Positions 44,003 to 53,952 of a stretch of DNA of 64,000 nt are shown one piece after another. The notes below the pieces were generated by a model, which did no database searches, was not told the DNA's origin, and worked only from the letters and a program-made list of their open reading frames with translations. The DNA comes from an uncultured Desulfospira sp. (GTDB lineage Bacteria; Desulfobacterota; Desulfobacteria; Desulfobacterales; Desulfobacteraceae). The stretch covers positions 4,640,001 through 4,704,000 of the forward strand of contig OY760175.1 in NCBI GenBank assembly GCA_963663165.1, given 5' to 3'. The translations under genes and the position numbers were made by a program. Position 1 is the first letter of the stretch, and every line of letters begins with the position of its first letter.

Positions 44003-45319
44003 ATGATAGAGAACAGTTACCAGAATTTGTTCAAACTTCCGGAGTTGAAACGGAAGTTGCTCATCACGCTTGCGCTTCTCTTTGTATACCGGATCGGTAT
44101 TCATGTTCCGACGCCGGGGATTAACGGGGCAGCCCTTGCTTCATTTTTCCAGTCTGCGTCAGGGACCTTGTTTTCCATGTTCAACATGTTCTCCGGAGGG
44201 GCATTGGAGCGGCTTTCTATTTTTGCACTGGGGATTATGCCTTACATTTCCGCTTCCATTATTTTGGAGCTCATGACCGTGGTTGTCCCCTACCTTGACC
44301 AGCTGAAAAAGGAAGGGGATGCGGGCCGAAAGAAGAAAACTCAGTATACCCGGTACGGAACGGTAATTTTAAGTATTATTCAGGGTTTTGGCATTGCTGT
44401 TGGGCTTGAGTCCATGTCTTCCCCGGCAGGTGTTCCCATTGTGCCGTATCCCGGGTGGGGTTTCAGACTGATCACCATTATCACCCTGACGGCTGGAACG
44501 GCCTTTATCATGTGGCTGGGTGAGCAGATTACGGAAAGGGGTATCGGGAACGGGATTTCATTGATAATTTTTGCCGGTATCGTGGCCAATATGCCTTCAG
44601 CTGTGGGGAATACCGTCCGGTTGATGAGTACCGGTGAAATGGGGCTTTTTTCCATTCTGATCCTTTTGGTGCTGATGATCGGCGTGGTGGCCTGCATTAT
44701 CTATATGGAAATGGCTCAGCGAAGAATTCCGGTGCATTATGCCAAACGGGTAGTGGGCAGGAAAATGTACGGTGGACAGACATCCCATCTGCCCTTGAAG
44801 ATTAACACGGCCGGTGTTATTCCGCCGATTTTTGCATCTTCCATTATCATGTTCCCCACAACCCTGGCCCAGTTTACCAATCTGCCGGCCATGCAGACCA
44901 TTGCGGCTATGTTCAGCCCGGGGACCGTATGGTACTATCTGCTTTATATTGGGTTTATTATTTTCTTTTGCTTTTTTTATACAGCCGTTCAGTTCAATCC
45001 CGATGATGTCGCGGAAAACATGAAGAAGAACGGCGGGTACATCCCGGGCATCCGGCCGGGAAAACGGACTTCAGAATATATTGACAAAGTATTAACCAGA
45101 ATTACCCTTGGCGGTGCGATTTATGTGTCTGCTGTCTGTGTGCTGCCGACCATGCTCATGGACAAATTTAATGTTCCGTTTTATTTTGGCGGAACCGCCC
45201 TTCTCATTGTTGTGGGGGTGTCCATTGATACTATATCCCAGATAGAATCCCACTTGATCACAGGTAACTATGACGGGTTTCTGGGCCGGGGCGGCTCGAA
45301 AAGGATTAAGGGCAGGTGA
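44003..45319 (+). CDS. secY: Preprotein translocase subunit SecY
   Basis: SIFALGIMPYISASII, GIGNGISLIIF, IPGIRPG. Confidence 0.99.
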   Translation: MIENSYQNLFKLPELKRKLLITLALLFVYRIGIHVPTPGINGAALASFFQSASGTLFSMFNMFSGGALERLSIFALGIMPYISASIILELMTVVVPYLDQLKKEGDAGRKKKTQYTRYGTVILSIIQGFGIAVGLESMSSPAGVPIVPYPGWGFRLITIITLTAGTAFIMWLGEQITERGIGNGISLIIFAGIVANMPSAVGNTVRLMSTGEMGLFSILILLVLMIGVVACIIYMEMAQRRIPVHYAKRVVGRKMYGGQTSHLPLKINTAGVIPPIFASSIIMFPTTLAQFTNLPAMQTIAAMFSPGTVWYYLLYIGFIIFFCFFYTAVQFNPDDVAENMKKNGGYIPGIRPGKRTSEYIDKVLTRITLGGAIYVSAVCVLPTMLMDKFNVPFYFGGTALLIVVGVSIDTISQIESHLITGNYDGFLGRGGSKRIKGR

Positions 45320-45359
45320 TTGGTTGGATACCGGATCGATAAGGAGATAAAGTAAAATT

Positions 45360-45578
45360 ATGGCAAAAGAAGAACCCATCAAAGTGGACGGGAAGGTGCT
45401 GGAAACGTTGCCCAATGCCATGTTCAAAGTTGAACTTGAAAACGGACATGTTCTTTTGGCCCATATTTCCGGAAAAATGAGAATGCATTTTATTAAAATA
45501 TTGCCCGGGGACAAAGTGACTGTTGAAATATCACCCTATGATTTGAGCCGTGGCAGAATTACATATCGTTATAAATAG
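45360..45578 (+). CDS. infA: Translation initiation factor IF-1
   Basis: [22 protein letters not shown]. Confidence 0.98.
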   Translation: MAKEEPIKVDGKVLETLPNAMFKVELENGHVLLAHISGKMRMHFIKILPGDKVTVEISPYDLSRGRITYRYK

Positions 45579-45606
45579 AAAAATCTCAAGTTTAGGAGTA
45601 AGATAG

Positions 45607-45720
45607 ATGAAAGTTAGAGCATCTGTTAAAAAAATCTGTAGAGATTGTAAAGTAATAAAGAGACGGGGTGTCATCAGAGTTATTTGCATTAACAAACGCC
45701 ATAAACAGAGGCAGGGATAG
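45607..45720 (+). CDS. rpmJ: 50S ribosomal protein L36
   Basis: Read by hand: [37 protein letters not shown]. Confidence 0.97.
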   Translation: MKVRASVKKICRDCKVIKRRGVIRVICINKRHKQRQG

Positions 45721-45731
45721 GGAGAAAGAAT

Positions 45732-46100
45732 TTGGCACGTATTGCAGGAGTAGATTTACCAAGAGATAAGCATGCATGGATTGCTTTGACCTATATTTAT
45801 GGTATAGGCCGCAGCAGGTCAAAAATGATTCTTGAAAAAACCGGTATTGAGCCTACCACCAAAGCAAACGACTTGACCGAAGAACAGGTGAACGAAATCA
45901 GAAAAGTCATTGATGCCGAGTTTAAGGTTGAAGGTGAGCTCAGGTCTGAAGTATCCATGAATATTAAACGGCTCATGGATCTGGGGTGCTACAGGGGACT
46001 TCGCCACAGGAAAGGGCTCCCATGTCACGGCCAGAGAACCAGTACCAATGCCAGAACCCGGAAAGGCCCCAAACGGGCTGCTGTTAAAAAGAAAAAGTAG
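45732..46100 (+). CDS. rpsM: 30S ribosomal protein S13
   Basis: [24 protein letters not shown] start. Confidence 0.98.
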   Translation: MARIAGVDLPRDKHAWIALTYIYGIGRSRSKMILEKTGIEPTTKANDLTEEQVNEIRKVIDAEFKVEGELRSEVSMNIKRLMDLGCYRGLRHRKGLPCHGQRTSTNARTRKGPKRAAVKKKK

Positions 46101-46123
46101 GTTAAATTAAAAGGTGTCAATTT

Positions 46124-46519
46124 ATGGCAAAAAAGTCTAAAAAAACTGTAGCAAAGAAACGGGTTAAAAAGAATATCTCTACGGGCATCGTTCATATTCA
46201 ATCCACGTTTAACAATACCATTGTCACCATAGCTGATGAAAATGGAAACACTATTTCATGGTCCAGTGCCGGGATGCAGGGGTTTAAAGGCTCCAGAAAA
46301 AGCACTCCCTTTGCAGCCAAATTGGTTGCCGAAGATGCCGGTGCAAAGGCCATGGAACACGGGATGAAAAATGTCGGTGTTTATGTTAAAGGCCCGGGAC
46401 CCGGTCGGGAATCCGCTTTACGGGCGTTGCACGCCCTTGGATTCAATATCTCCATGATCAAGGATGTAACCCCGGTTCCTCACAATGGATGCCGCCCGCC
46501 CAAAAGAAGAAGAGTTTAA
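46124..46519 (+). CDS. rpsK: 30S ribosomal protein S11
   Basis: [28 protein letters not shown]. Confidence 0.98.
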   Translation: MAKKSKKTVAKKRVKKNISTGIVHIQSTFNNTIVTIADENGNTISWSSAGMQGFKGSRKSTPFAAKLVAEDAGAKAMEHGMKNVGVYVKGPGPGRESALRALHALGFNISMIKDVTPVPHNGCRPPKRRRV

Positions 46520-46548
46520 GCTTATCGGATTGATAAAGGAGGAAAACG

Positions 46549-47175
46549 TTGTCACGTTACAGAGGATCAGTCTGCCGTCAGTGCAGACGGGAAAATATGA
46601 AGCTTTTTCTGAAAGGCGATCGGTGCTTTTCGGATAAATGCAGTTTTGACAGAAGGGGATATCCCCCCGGAGAACACGGCCAGAAAAGAGGCAAGCAGTC
46701 TGATTATGGGATGCAGCTCCGGGAAAAACAGAAAGTACGCCGGATTTACGGTATTTCCGAAAAACAGTTCCGGATTTTTTTCAGAGAGGCGGATCGCCGC
46801 AAAGGGATTACAGGTACCAATCTGTTAAGCCTTCTTGAAACCCGGCTGGATAATACGGTCTTCCGGATGGGGTTCGTGAACTCCAGAAACCAGGGAAGAC
46901 ATTTCGTCCGGCACAACCATTTCGTTGTTAATGGCAAAAAAGTTAACATCCCTTCTTATCAGGTCAAAAAAGGTGATGTAATTGAACTTCGCGAAAAAAG
47001 CAGAAATATTCAAGCCATTTCCGACTCGTTAGATGCCATTGTCAGAAGAGGCATTCCCCAGTGGCTTGAAATTGAAAAAGATAAATTCAAAGGCCAGGTT
47101 GTCGGTATTCCAGTAAGAGAAGATATTACCCTGCCCATTCAGGAACAATTGATCGTAGAGCTGTATTCAAAATAG
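46549..47175 (+). CDS. rpsD: 30S ribosomal protein S4 (Zn-binding type)
   Basis: CRQCRRE...C...C, LETRLDN, LIVELYSK; TTG start. Confidence 0.98.
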   Translation: MSRYRGSVCRQCRRENMKLFLKGDRCFSDKCSFDRRGYPPGEHGQKRGKQSDYGMQLREKQKVRRIYGISEKQFRIFFREADRRKGITGTNLLSLLETRLDNTVFRMGFVNSRNQGRHFVRHNHFVVNGKKVNIPSYQVKKGDVIELREKSRNIQAISDSLDAIVRRGIPQWLEIEKDKFKGQVVGIPVREDITLPIQEQLIVELYSK

Positions 47176-47227
47176 GGAAAGCCGGTCAATCCTGTGGTTT
47201 TTCCACATATTCATTCAGGAGATTTAA

Positions 47228-48253
47228 ATGTCATCTGAAAAATTAGCATATTTAAACTGGCGAGAAATGATCAAGCCGGAGAAGCTCGATGTTACCACGA
47301 CATCCACTTACGGAGAATTCGTGTGTGAACCTCTGGAAAGGGGATATGGCATCACCATTGGGAACTCTCTGAGGCGGATCATTCTTTCATCCATATACGG
47401 CGCTGCCATTGTATCAGTAAAATTTGAAAACGCTCTTCATGAATACAGTGTCATCCCTGATGTACGGGAAGACGTTTCCGAGATCATTCTTAACCTGAAA
47501 GAGCTTAAACTCAAGGTTGACAATGCCGATGATAAAATCCTTACCCTGAACATAAAAGGGGAAACCAAGGTTACCGGGGCCGATATTGTCAGTGCTGACG
47601 GAAAGGTTGAGATCCTTAACCCTGAACAGCACATTGCCACCTTGTCCAAAAACGGTGAACTCAATATGGTCATGGTTGTCAAAACCGGCAAAGGGTATGC
47701 CCTTGCATCAGCCAATAAAGACGATGATGCCCCTATCGGGACGATTCCTATTGATTCAGTTTTTTCCCCCATTAAACGGGTAAAATATGTCGTTGGAACT
47801 TCTCGAATCGGCCAGAAAACCGATTATGACAAGCTCACCCTGGAAATTTGGACGGATGGCAGTGTCAGGCCTGAGGATGCCGTGGCCTACGGCGCTAAAA
47901 TTCTAAAAGAACAAATGAATCCCTTTATCAATTTTGATGAAGAGATGGAGCCCGATCATCTTGAAGAGGGCGGCGAGGAATCCGAAAAAGGATTTAATGA
48001 AAATATCTATCGCTCAGTTGATGAGCTTGAACTTTCCGTCAGGAGTTCAAATTGCCTGAAAAACGCCAGAATTCATACCATCTACCAGCTGGTTCAAAAG
48101 ACAGACAGTGAAATGCTGAAAACAAAGAATTTCGGCAGAAAATCCTTGAACGAGATCAAGGAAGTATTATCTTCCATGGATCTGTCACTGGGCATGGATC
48201 TTGAGGGGTTTGAACCACCGGAAGAAGAGACGACCATTCAGGAAGGAGAATAA
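47228..48253 (+). CDS. rpoA: RNA polymerase alpha subunit
   Basis: [34 protein letters not shown]. Confidence 0.98.
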   Translation: MSSEKLAYLNWREMIKPEKLDVTTTSTYGEFVCEPLERGYGITIGNSLRRIILSSIYGAAIVSVKFENALHEYSVIPDVREDVSEIILNLKELKLKVDNADDKILTLNIKGETKVTGADIVSADGKVEILNPEQHIATLSKNGELNMVMVVKTGKGYALASANKDDDAPIGTIPIDSVFSPIKRVKYVVGTSRIGQKTDYDKLTLEIWTDGSVRPEDAVAYGAKILKEQMNPFINFDEEMEPDHLEEGGEESEKGFNENIYRSVDELELSVRSSNCLKNARIHTIYQLVQKTDSEMLKTKNFGRKSLNEIKEVLSSMDLSLGMDLEGFEPPEEETTIQEGE

Positions 48254-48257
48254 TCCC

Positions 48258-48614
48258 ATGAAACATAGAAAATCCGTATTAAAATTAAATAGGACATCCA
48301 GTCATCGAAAGGCTATGTTTAGGAACATGGTCACCTCCCTGTTCAAACACAGCCGCATCCGAACCACTGAAGCCAAGGCCAAAGGCTTAAGGCAAATCGC
48401 TGATAAAATGGTTACCCTGGCCAAGCGGGGGGATCTTCATGCCAGACGTCAGGCATTAGCGGTTATCCGTGAAAAAGATGTGGTCCATACCCTTTTTAAC
48501 GAGGTATCTGAAAAATTCAGCTCCAGACAGGGCGGGTACACCAGAATTACCAAGCTGGGCCCAAGAAAAGGGGATGTCGCGCCCATGGTGCAGATCGAAC
48601 TGATTCTCGACTAA
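48258..48614 (+). CDS. rplQ: 50S ribosomal protein L17
   Basis: [18 protein letters not shown]. Confidence 0.97.
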   Translation: MKHRKSVLKLNRTSSHRKAMFRNMVTSLFKHSRIRTTEAKAKGLRQIADKMVTLAKRGDLHARRQALAVIREKDVVHTLFNEVSEKFSSRQGGYTRITKLGPRKGDVAPMVQIELILD

Positions 48615-48705
48615 CGGCCACGGGGGCCGTCTTGGTTATCCAACCAAGAACCGGCCACAACAAATAATGAAGGTCTTCCCAAGATGTTAGTGAGACTTTC
48701 ATATA
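48612..48705 (+). repeat. Stop-codon-anchored structured repeat, copy 2
   Basis: TAACGGCCACGGGGGCCGTCTTGGTTATCCAACCAAGAACCGGCCACAACAAATAATGAA...; matches 16255-16346 reverse complement. Confidence 0.9.
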
Positions 48706-48736
48706 AAGACATTATCTGGATTAGAAACAAAAATTT

Positions 48737-48773
48737 TCCCCGGCAGGAACTCGGTCCTGCCGGGGATTTTTTT
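48737..48773 (+). terminator. Intrinsic terminator ending the r-protein supercluster
   Basis: 12-bp stem TCCCCGGCAGGA/TCCTGCCGGGGA followed by T7. Confidence 0.88.
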
Positions 48774-48781
48774 GTACAGAC

Positions 48782-51520
48782 TCAGCGGTTATCCAAAACA
48801 TTCCTGATTTCCGCCAGGAGCTCCATATTGTTGATGGGCTTGTTCAGGAATTTCTTTACCCCTAATGTTTGTTTCTCATGATCTGAAATTTTACTGCTGT
48901 ACCCCGTGCAAAGGATGATGGGAATGCTATTTTTGATTTCGATCAGCCTCTGGCACAGCTCGTCCCCACTCATTTTGGGCATGGTCAGATCTGTAATCAC
49001 CAGGTCAAACATGTCCGGATTGTTCTTGAATTCGGCCAGGCATTCCGCCCCGTTGGCGTAGGTAAATACCCGGTACCCGAAATCTTCAAGCAGTTCTTCG
49101 GTCATCTGGCGGATCGCCGATTCATCGTCCACGACGACAATGGTTTCATCCCCTTTTCTGGGGGCAATGGGGTCTCGGGGCGCCTGGGGGCTGCCCTGTT
49201 CTTGGGCCTTAGGCAGGTAAACGGTTATGGTGGTGCCAATTCCTACCTCACTTTCAGCATGGACAATTCCCTGGTGTTCTTCCACAATGGCCTGGACAAG
49301 GGCCAGCCCGAACCCGGTACCTTTACCGATTTCCTTAGTTGTAAAATAGGGATCAAACGCCTTTTCAAGGGTGGATTGGTCCATGCCGTGCCCGGTATCC
49401 TTTATCGACAGGACCAGGTATTCTCCAGGTAAAAGCATTTTGAGGCCGATGGCTTTCAAATCGGTATAGGTTACCTCATCCAATATTGCCGTAAGGGTCC
49501 CACCCCTTTCCTCCATGGCCTGGTAAGAGTTGGTACAAAGGTTCATGATCACCTGATGCATTTTGGTGGCATCAGCCATAACCATGGCCTTGCTGTTGAT
49601 AATGGTTTCCATTTCAATGGTGGTGGGAATAGAGGATCTGAGCAGCTTTAAGGCCTCGTTTAGGATGAGATGAATATTTAAGGGTTGCTTTTTGAACTCG
49701 GTCTTCCGGCTGAAGGTCAGAATTTGCTGGACTAGAGAGGCGGCCCGCTGGGCTCCTTTGAGAATTTGGCCCAGGTGCTTTTTGGTAGCTTCAGGCGTAT
49801 CCAGGCTCATTTCAGCCAGCTGGGTATACCCGAAAATACTGGATAAAATATTGTTGAAATCGTGGGCTATACCGCCGGCCAAAGTGCCTATGGCTTCGAT
49901 TTTATGCACCTTTTCAAGCTGGACAGCCATCTGCCGTTTTTCCTGCTCGATTTGTTTTAAAATAGTGATATCCCGCCCTTCCAGGATCATAAATTCAATT
50001 TTACCTGAATTATTCAGAACAGGCTTAATGGAAATATCGCAATGGCTTTGTTTCCCTTTGGCCAGGGGAACAATAATTTGGAAGCGAGACAGCCGGCCCC
50101 CCATGGCTGATTCAACCCCTTGTTTTATCTGAAGCCGGGAATCAGAATGATTGGCCCACCACAAGGTTTCCCATACCGGTTTAAACAGCAGGTCTTCTTC
50201 TCTCAAACCAGAAAATTTAACGGCGCTCTGATTGATTTCCTCAAGGGTTCCCAAAGGCGATAAGATGCCGATAAATTGAAAGGCCTGATTAAACAGCCCC
50301 CTGAGTTTTAAATCATTTTCCACCAGTGCAGCCTGAGCTTTCTGGGTTTTGGCCATCTCGGAATTCAATTGTTTGTGCATGGATTCCAAACGATCCATGA
50401 ACTGGTCAAAATGGGTGGATAAGGTGCCGAGTTCATCCGGCGCATGATAGTTCATCCGAACGGAAAAATCCCCTTTGGCATCGGTTTCAAGTTTCTTAAT
50501 CAGGGATGCCAGAGGGGAGGTCAGGGTGCTGCTCACAAAATATGTTAGAAAATAGCTGATGACCAGGATAATCACGACAGCTGAAAAAAACATCAGTTTA
50601 AAGGAAGCTAACGGCGCATAAATTTCATCCAGAAAGCCTGAAGTACAGATAATCCAGTCATATCGGGGTAGGTGCTTGAAAAAAACCACCTTTTTTCGGG
50701 GGGCCTTATCTGACGGGCCTTTCCAGAGGTGTTCAAGCTCTCCGCTGTCCTTTTCAAGGATTTGGCTGATAAAAGTTGGCGGCAAATCTTTTCTCAGGGA
50801 AAAATTGGTCCCCTCAATTTGGGGATCAGGGTGGATCAGGGCGACGCCCTGCTTGTTCAGAAAATAGGCGTACCCGGACTGGCCCGCCTTGATGGTGGGA
50901 ACAATATCCCTGAAATCATCTAAGTTGACCAGATGTTTGAATTCTTCCTGGTAAGTTGAAACAGAAATGATCCAGTCCAATGGGTGGTAATAGCGCATGT
51001 AAATGGCTTTGGTTTTTTTTTCTTGGTCACCGGGATTTTGCCATTCATATTCTAAATATCCTTCTTTTGATTGCATCTGATGTTTTACAAATTCATATTC
51101 TGAAATATTGGTCCCTTTAACTTCATTTTTGGGGTGAATAATGAGGTCCCCGTCAGAGTTAACACAGTAAATATACCCGTTAATGCCGATGTCCTGGCTT
51201 AAAAAGATCTCTTCAATGGTTTGGATGGCTTGTTCTTTGCTCAAGGCCCCGGACAAAACTTTCTGGTAATAGTGGTCTGCAATGGCGTAATTTTTTTGGG
51301 CAATGGCCGACAAATGGGTTTTAATAGCCACCTGTGCTGTGGTTTCAATAATCCTGTGCAAAGCGGAAAGGTTCTGGTTGAGTTCGTTTTCGATTCTGGT
51401 TTCAAGAAATTGTTTGATTTTATAGTAGGCAATGGCACCGCCAATCGCAAACATAGGGATGAAAACGATCAAGAAGGAGACAATCAGTTTATTTTTAAAA
51501 TTAAGGTTTTTAAATATCAT
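48782..51520 (-). CDS. Hybrid sensor histidine kinase (Cache x2-HAMP-PAS-HisKA-HATPase-REC)
   Basis: Two TMs, GYIYC..IIHP Cache repeats, DELG HAMP, AGGIAHDFNNIL, DTGHG, GTGFGL, VITDLTMP. Confidence 0.93.
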   Translation of the reverse strand: MIFKNLNFKNKLIVSFLIVFIPMFAIGGAIAYYKIKQFLETRIENELNQNLSALHRIIETTAQVAIKTHLSAIAQKNYAIADHYYQKVLSGALSKEQAIQTIEEIFLSQDIGINGYIYCVNSDGDLIIHPKNEVKGTNISEYEFVKHQMQSKEGYLEYEWQNPGDQEKKTKAIYMRYYHPLDWIISVSTYQEEFKHLVNLDDFRDIVPTIKAGQSGYAYFLNKQGVALIHPDPQIEGTNFSLRKDLPPTFISQILEKDSGELEHLWKGPSDKAPRKKVVFFKHLPRYDWIICTSGFLDEIYAPLASFKLMFFSAVVIILVISYFLTYFVSSTLTSPLASLIKKLETDAKGDFSVRMNYHAPDELGTLSTHFDQFMDRLESMHKQLNSEMAKTQKAQAALVENDLKLRGLFNQAFQFIGILSPLGTLEEINQSAVKFSGLREEDLLFKPVWETLWWANHSDSRLQIKQGVESAMGGRLSRFQIIVPLAKGKQSHCDISIKPVLNNSGKIEFMILEGRDITILKQIEQEKRQMAVQLEKVHKIEAIGTLAGGIAHDFNNILSSIFGYTQLAEMSLDTPEATKKHLGQILKGAQRAASLVQQILTFSRKTEFKKQPLNIHLILNEALKLLRSSIPTTIEMETIINSKAMVMADATKMHQVIMNLCTNSYQAMEERGGTLTAILDEVTYTDLKAIGLKMLLPGEYLVLSIKDTGHGMDQSTLEKAFDPYFTTKEIGKGTGFGLALVQAIVEEHQGIVHAESEVGIGTTITVYLPKAQEQGSPQAPRDPIAPRKGDETIVVVDDESAIRQMTEELLEDFGYRVFTYANGAECLAEFKNNPDMFDLVITDLTMPKMSGDELCQRLIEIKNSIPIILCTGYSSKISDHEKQTLGVKKFLNKPINNMELLAEIRNVLDNR

Positions 51521-51615
51521 ATTACCTAAGCAGGCGCTAAGGCGCGGTGGTTGCGTGTCTTGGGCTTTAGCTGATGTTTGCCCCAAGCGTACACCATTAC
51601 AAGGCAAGATCAAAG

Positions 51616-52683
51616 CTATTTCCCAGCTGATTTGAGAGCGTTTTTCTTCTTTTTTGCCTCGTATAATTCTTTATCAGCTTGTTTGAGCAGATCATTTGGA
51701 GAATCCGGAATATTTTCCTTTCCGGCCGATGGGCAGATGGAGGAAATGCCATGGCTGAGCCGGACGTGAATGGCCGGCCCCCCGGGGAAATTTGATTTTA
51801 CCGGCAACGGGGTCCGGGAGAGTTTGGTCTTAACCCGGTCCATATACAATTGCGCCTTTGACCGGGGCGTCGAGGGCAGAATGGCCACATATTCATCTCC
51901 GGCAAACCGGGCAATGACATCAGACTCCCGTTTCAGTTCGGTCAGGCAGTTGGCCACATGGCACAGGGCAAGGTCCCCGATGTCATGGCCATGGGTGTCA
52001 TTGATGGATTTGAAATCGTCAAGGTCCATAAAAATGACACTCAGGTCCTGGCCGTACCGGGCAGACCGGTGAAACTCCCGGTCCAGCACACGTTCCATAA
52101 CCCCCCGGTTCAGCAGCCGGGTCAATGGATCGTGAAAGGCCAGAAATTGCAACTGCTCATGGGCGGCCACATTGGAAAGGCAAAGGGAAACCTTTAAGGC
52201 CAGCTGCTCAAGAAGGGATGCGTCCATTCCAGGCTCAAACCGCTGCCTGTCGTAATCGGCCTGGTTAATGGAACCGACGATTTCTCCATCCAAGGTGATG
52301 GGAGCGATGGAGATGGAACCGATTTCCATTAAAAGGCGTTGCGGCACCAGGGAAACATACCGGTCAAGGCTGGTGTTGGCCAGAATTGGGGCCACCCGGT
52401 TGCCGGTGATGGCCAGAAAATCCTGCCTTGTGACGAATGTGGTGGACGCTTTAAGAAGGTCAGAATGGTTGCTTTCCTTTAACTGGCGGGCCAGGCGGCT
52501 TTCTTCTATGATGGAGATCCAGGTGTAGGGAATATTGAATTTTTCACTGATTTCTCTTAGCAGCCTTTCCAGAAAATCCTGGAAATTTAAAATGGTTAAA
52601 ATGCCCGCTTCGATCGCATTAAATTTTTTTGCAATTTCTTCATTCTTTTTGAGGCGATCAAGAATGTAGTGGGGAATGTCCAT
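51616..52683 (-). CDS. GAF-like + GGDEF domain protein
   Basis: HDPLTRLLNR, DLDDFKSIND..GH..GD, RESD I-site, RFAGDEY. Confidence 0.88.
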   Translation of the reverse strand: MDIPHYILDRLKKNEEIAKKFNAIEAGILTILNFQDFLERLLREISEKFNIPYTWISIIEESRLARQLKESNHSDLLKASTTFVTRQDFLAITGNRVAPILANTSLDRYVSLVPQRLLMEIGSISIAPITLDGEIVGSINQADYDRQRFEPGMDASLLEQLALKVSLCLSNVAAHEQLQFLAFHDPLTRLLNRGVMERVLDREFHRSARYGQDLSVIFMDLDDFKSINDTHGHDIGDLALCHVANCLTELKRESDVIARFAGDEYVAILPSTPRSKAQLYMDRVKTKLSRTPLPVKSNFPGGPAIHVRLSHGISSICPSAGKENIPDSPNDLLKQADKELYEAKKKKNALKSAGK

Positions 52684-52706
52684 GGCTGTTCACTCGTTTT
52701 GTATAA

Positions 52707-52770
52707 AAGCTGTTAGCTGTCAGCTCTTAGCTGTTAGGCGCCTGAAACGCCGCACACGCTAAAGGCTAAA
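52707..52770. repeat. Inverted ACAGCTA-type heptamer arrays
   Basis: aagctgt tagctgt cagctct tagctgt (52707-52734), then opposite-sense cgctaaa ggctaaa. Confidence 0.75.
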
Positions 52771-52780
52771 CGATGACAAA

Positions 52781-52845
52781 ACACTTTAATATTGGTTACA
52801 TGCCGGACCTGATTGGATTACCATCCGGTAGGCATGTGGCCGTTA
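52781..52845 (-). repeat. Stop-codon-anchored structured repeat, diverged copy 3
   Basis: Minus strand TAACGGCCAC-ATGCC...TGGTAATCCAATCAGG...GGCATGT-AACCAATATTAAAG. Confidence 0.65.
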
Positions 52846-53907
52846 ATGCGGCTTGACTTCGGGCAGCACATCTTTAAAGACCACGCCGTAAATTTCCCAG
52901 ATGGTGACGAACAGGGCCGCAACAATGGGGCCGATGATAATGCCGATAATACCGAACATGGTAATCCCGCCCAGGGTGGAAAACAGAATCAGCAGGTCAT
53001 GCATTTCCGTATCTTTGCCCACCAGCCTGGGCCTGAGAAGATTGTCAACACTTCCCACCACCAGGCCGCAGAAAGCCACCAGGCAAACCGCTTTGATCCA
53101 TTGCCCCTGAACCCCGAGCCAGAATGCTGCCGGCAGCCAGATCAACGCCGTTCCAATGCCCGGAATAATGGACAATACTGTCATCACGGCACCCCAGAAA
53201 ACAGAAGAGTGGATGCCGGCCACGGCAAAGGCAATTCCTGATGCCCCTCCCTGAATGATGCCGATGATAACGGTTCCCTTGATGGTGGCCCGGGTAACCG
53301 AGGTGAATTTTGCAAGCAGTCTTCGTTCATCGTCATCATCAAGGGGCATGTAAAATAAAATTTTATCCAGCAGCTTATCACCGTCCATGAGAAAAAAGAA
53401 CATGGCATACAGTAGAATGGACACCGTAAATATGAAGTTCATCGTGCCCATGGTCGCTGCCTGAAGGCCGTTGACAAAAAACTGGGTGACTGCCCCCACC
53501 AGTTCCCCGGCTTTTTTATAAATGGTTTCCCGGTAAGGTTCAACCTGTTCATAAAAGGGGAGCCCCTCCAGCCATTGGGAAATGGCGACCGGCGAGGATA
53601 ACTGCTTTTGCACCCAGGGGGTGGCGGTCTGCCCGACCTTGATGGCCTGGGAGGTCACAATGCCCAAAAGGCCGCTTAAGGGCAGCAGGACAATCAGGAT
53701 AATGATCAGAATCGTTATCCCGGATGCCGCCGCTTTTTTGCCTTTCAGCCAGAGGGTTAATTTCCGGTACATCGGGTAAGCCAGGGCCGAAAAAATACCG
53801 GCCAGCAAAATAGCCATGAGAAAGGATTTGATCATGACCAGAAAAATGGCTGAGATAAACGATACGAGCAGCAGCAGAAAGGTCGGGTGGATAAGGTCTC
53901 GCTTCAT
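52843..53907 (-). CDS. AI-2E (PerM) family transporter
   Basis: Multi-TM; IIPGIGTALIW, DNLLRPRLVG, GIIIGP. Confidence 0.9.
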   Translation of the reverse strand: MKRDLIHPTFLLLLVSFISAIFLVMIKSFLMAILLAGIFSALAYPMYRKLTLWLKGKKAAASGITILIIILIVLLPLSGLLGIVTSQAIKVGQTATPWVQKQLSSPVAISQWLEGLPFYEQVEPYRETIYKKAGELVGAVTQFFVNGLQAATMGTMNFIFTVSILLYAMFFFLMDGDKLLDKILFYMPLDDDDERRLLAKFTSVTRATIKGTVIIGIIQGGASGIAFAVAGIHSSVFWGAVMTVLSIIPGIGTALIWLPAAFWLGVQGQWIKAVCLVAFCGLVVGSVDNLLRPRLVGKDTEMHDLLILFSTLGGITMFGIIGIIIGPIVAALFVTIWEIYGVVFKDVLPEVKPH

Positions 53908-53952
53908 GGTCAAGGGTCTCCAGTAGGGCAAATTGATTGTAGTTTACATCAT

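Noticed and set aside
45320..45335. TTGGTTGGATA after secY resembling the repeat hairpin
   Set aside because: 11-nt match in the opposite orientation with no flanking similarity
48609..48692. attC-like site (TAAC...GTTAG)
   Set aside because: No RYYYAAC match, no single end-to-end hairpin, flanking genes are housekeeping, no integrase
51545..51596. Imperfect hairpin between the GGDEF and kinase genes
   Set aside because: Single weak stem, no U-tract, no second copy found
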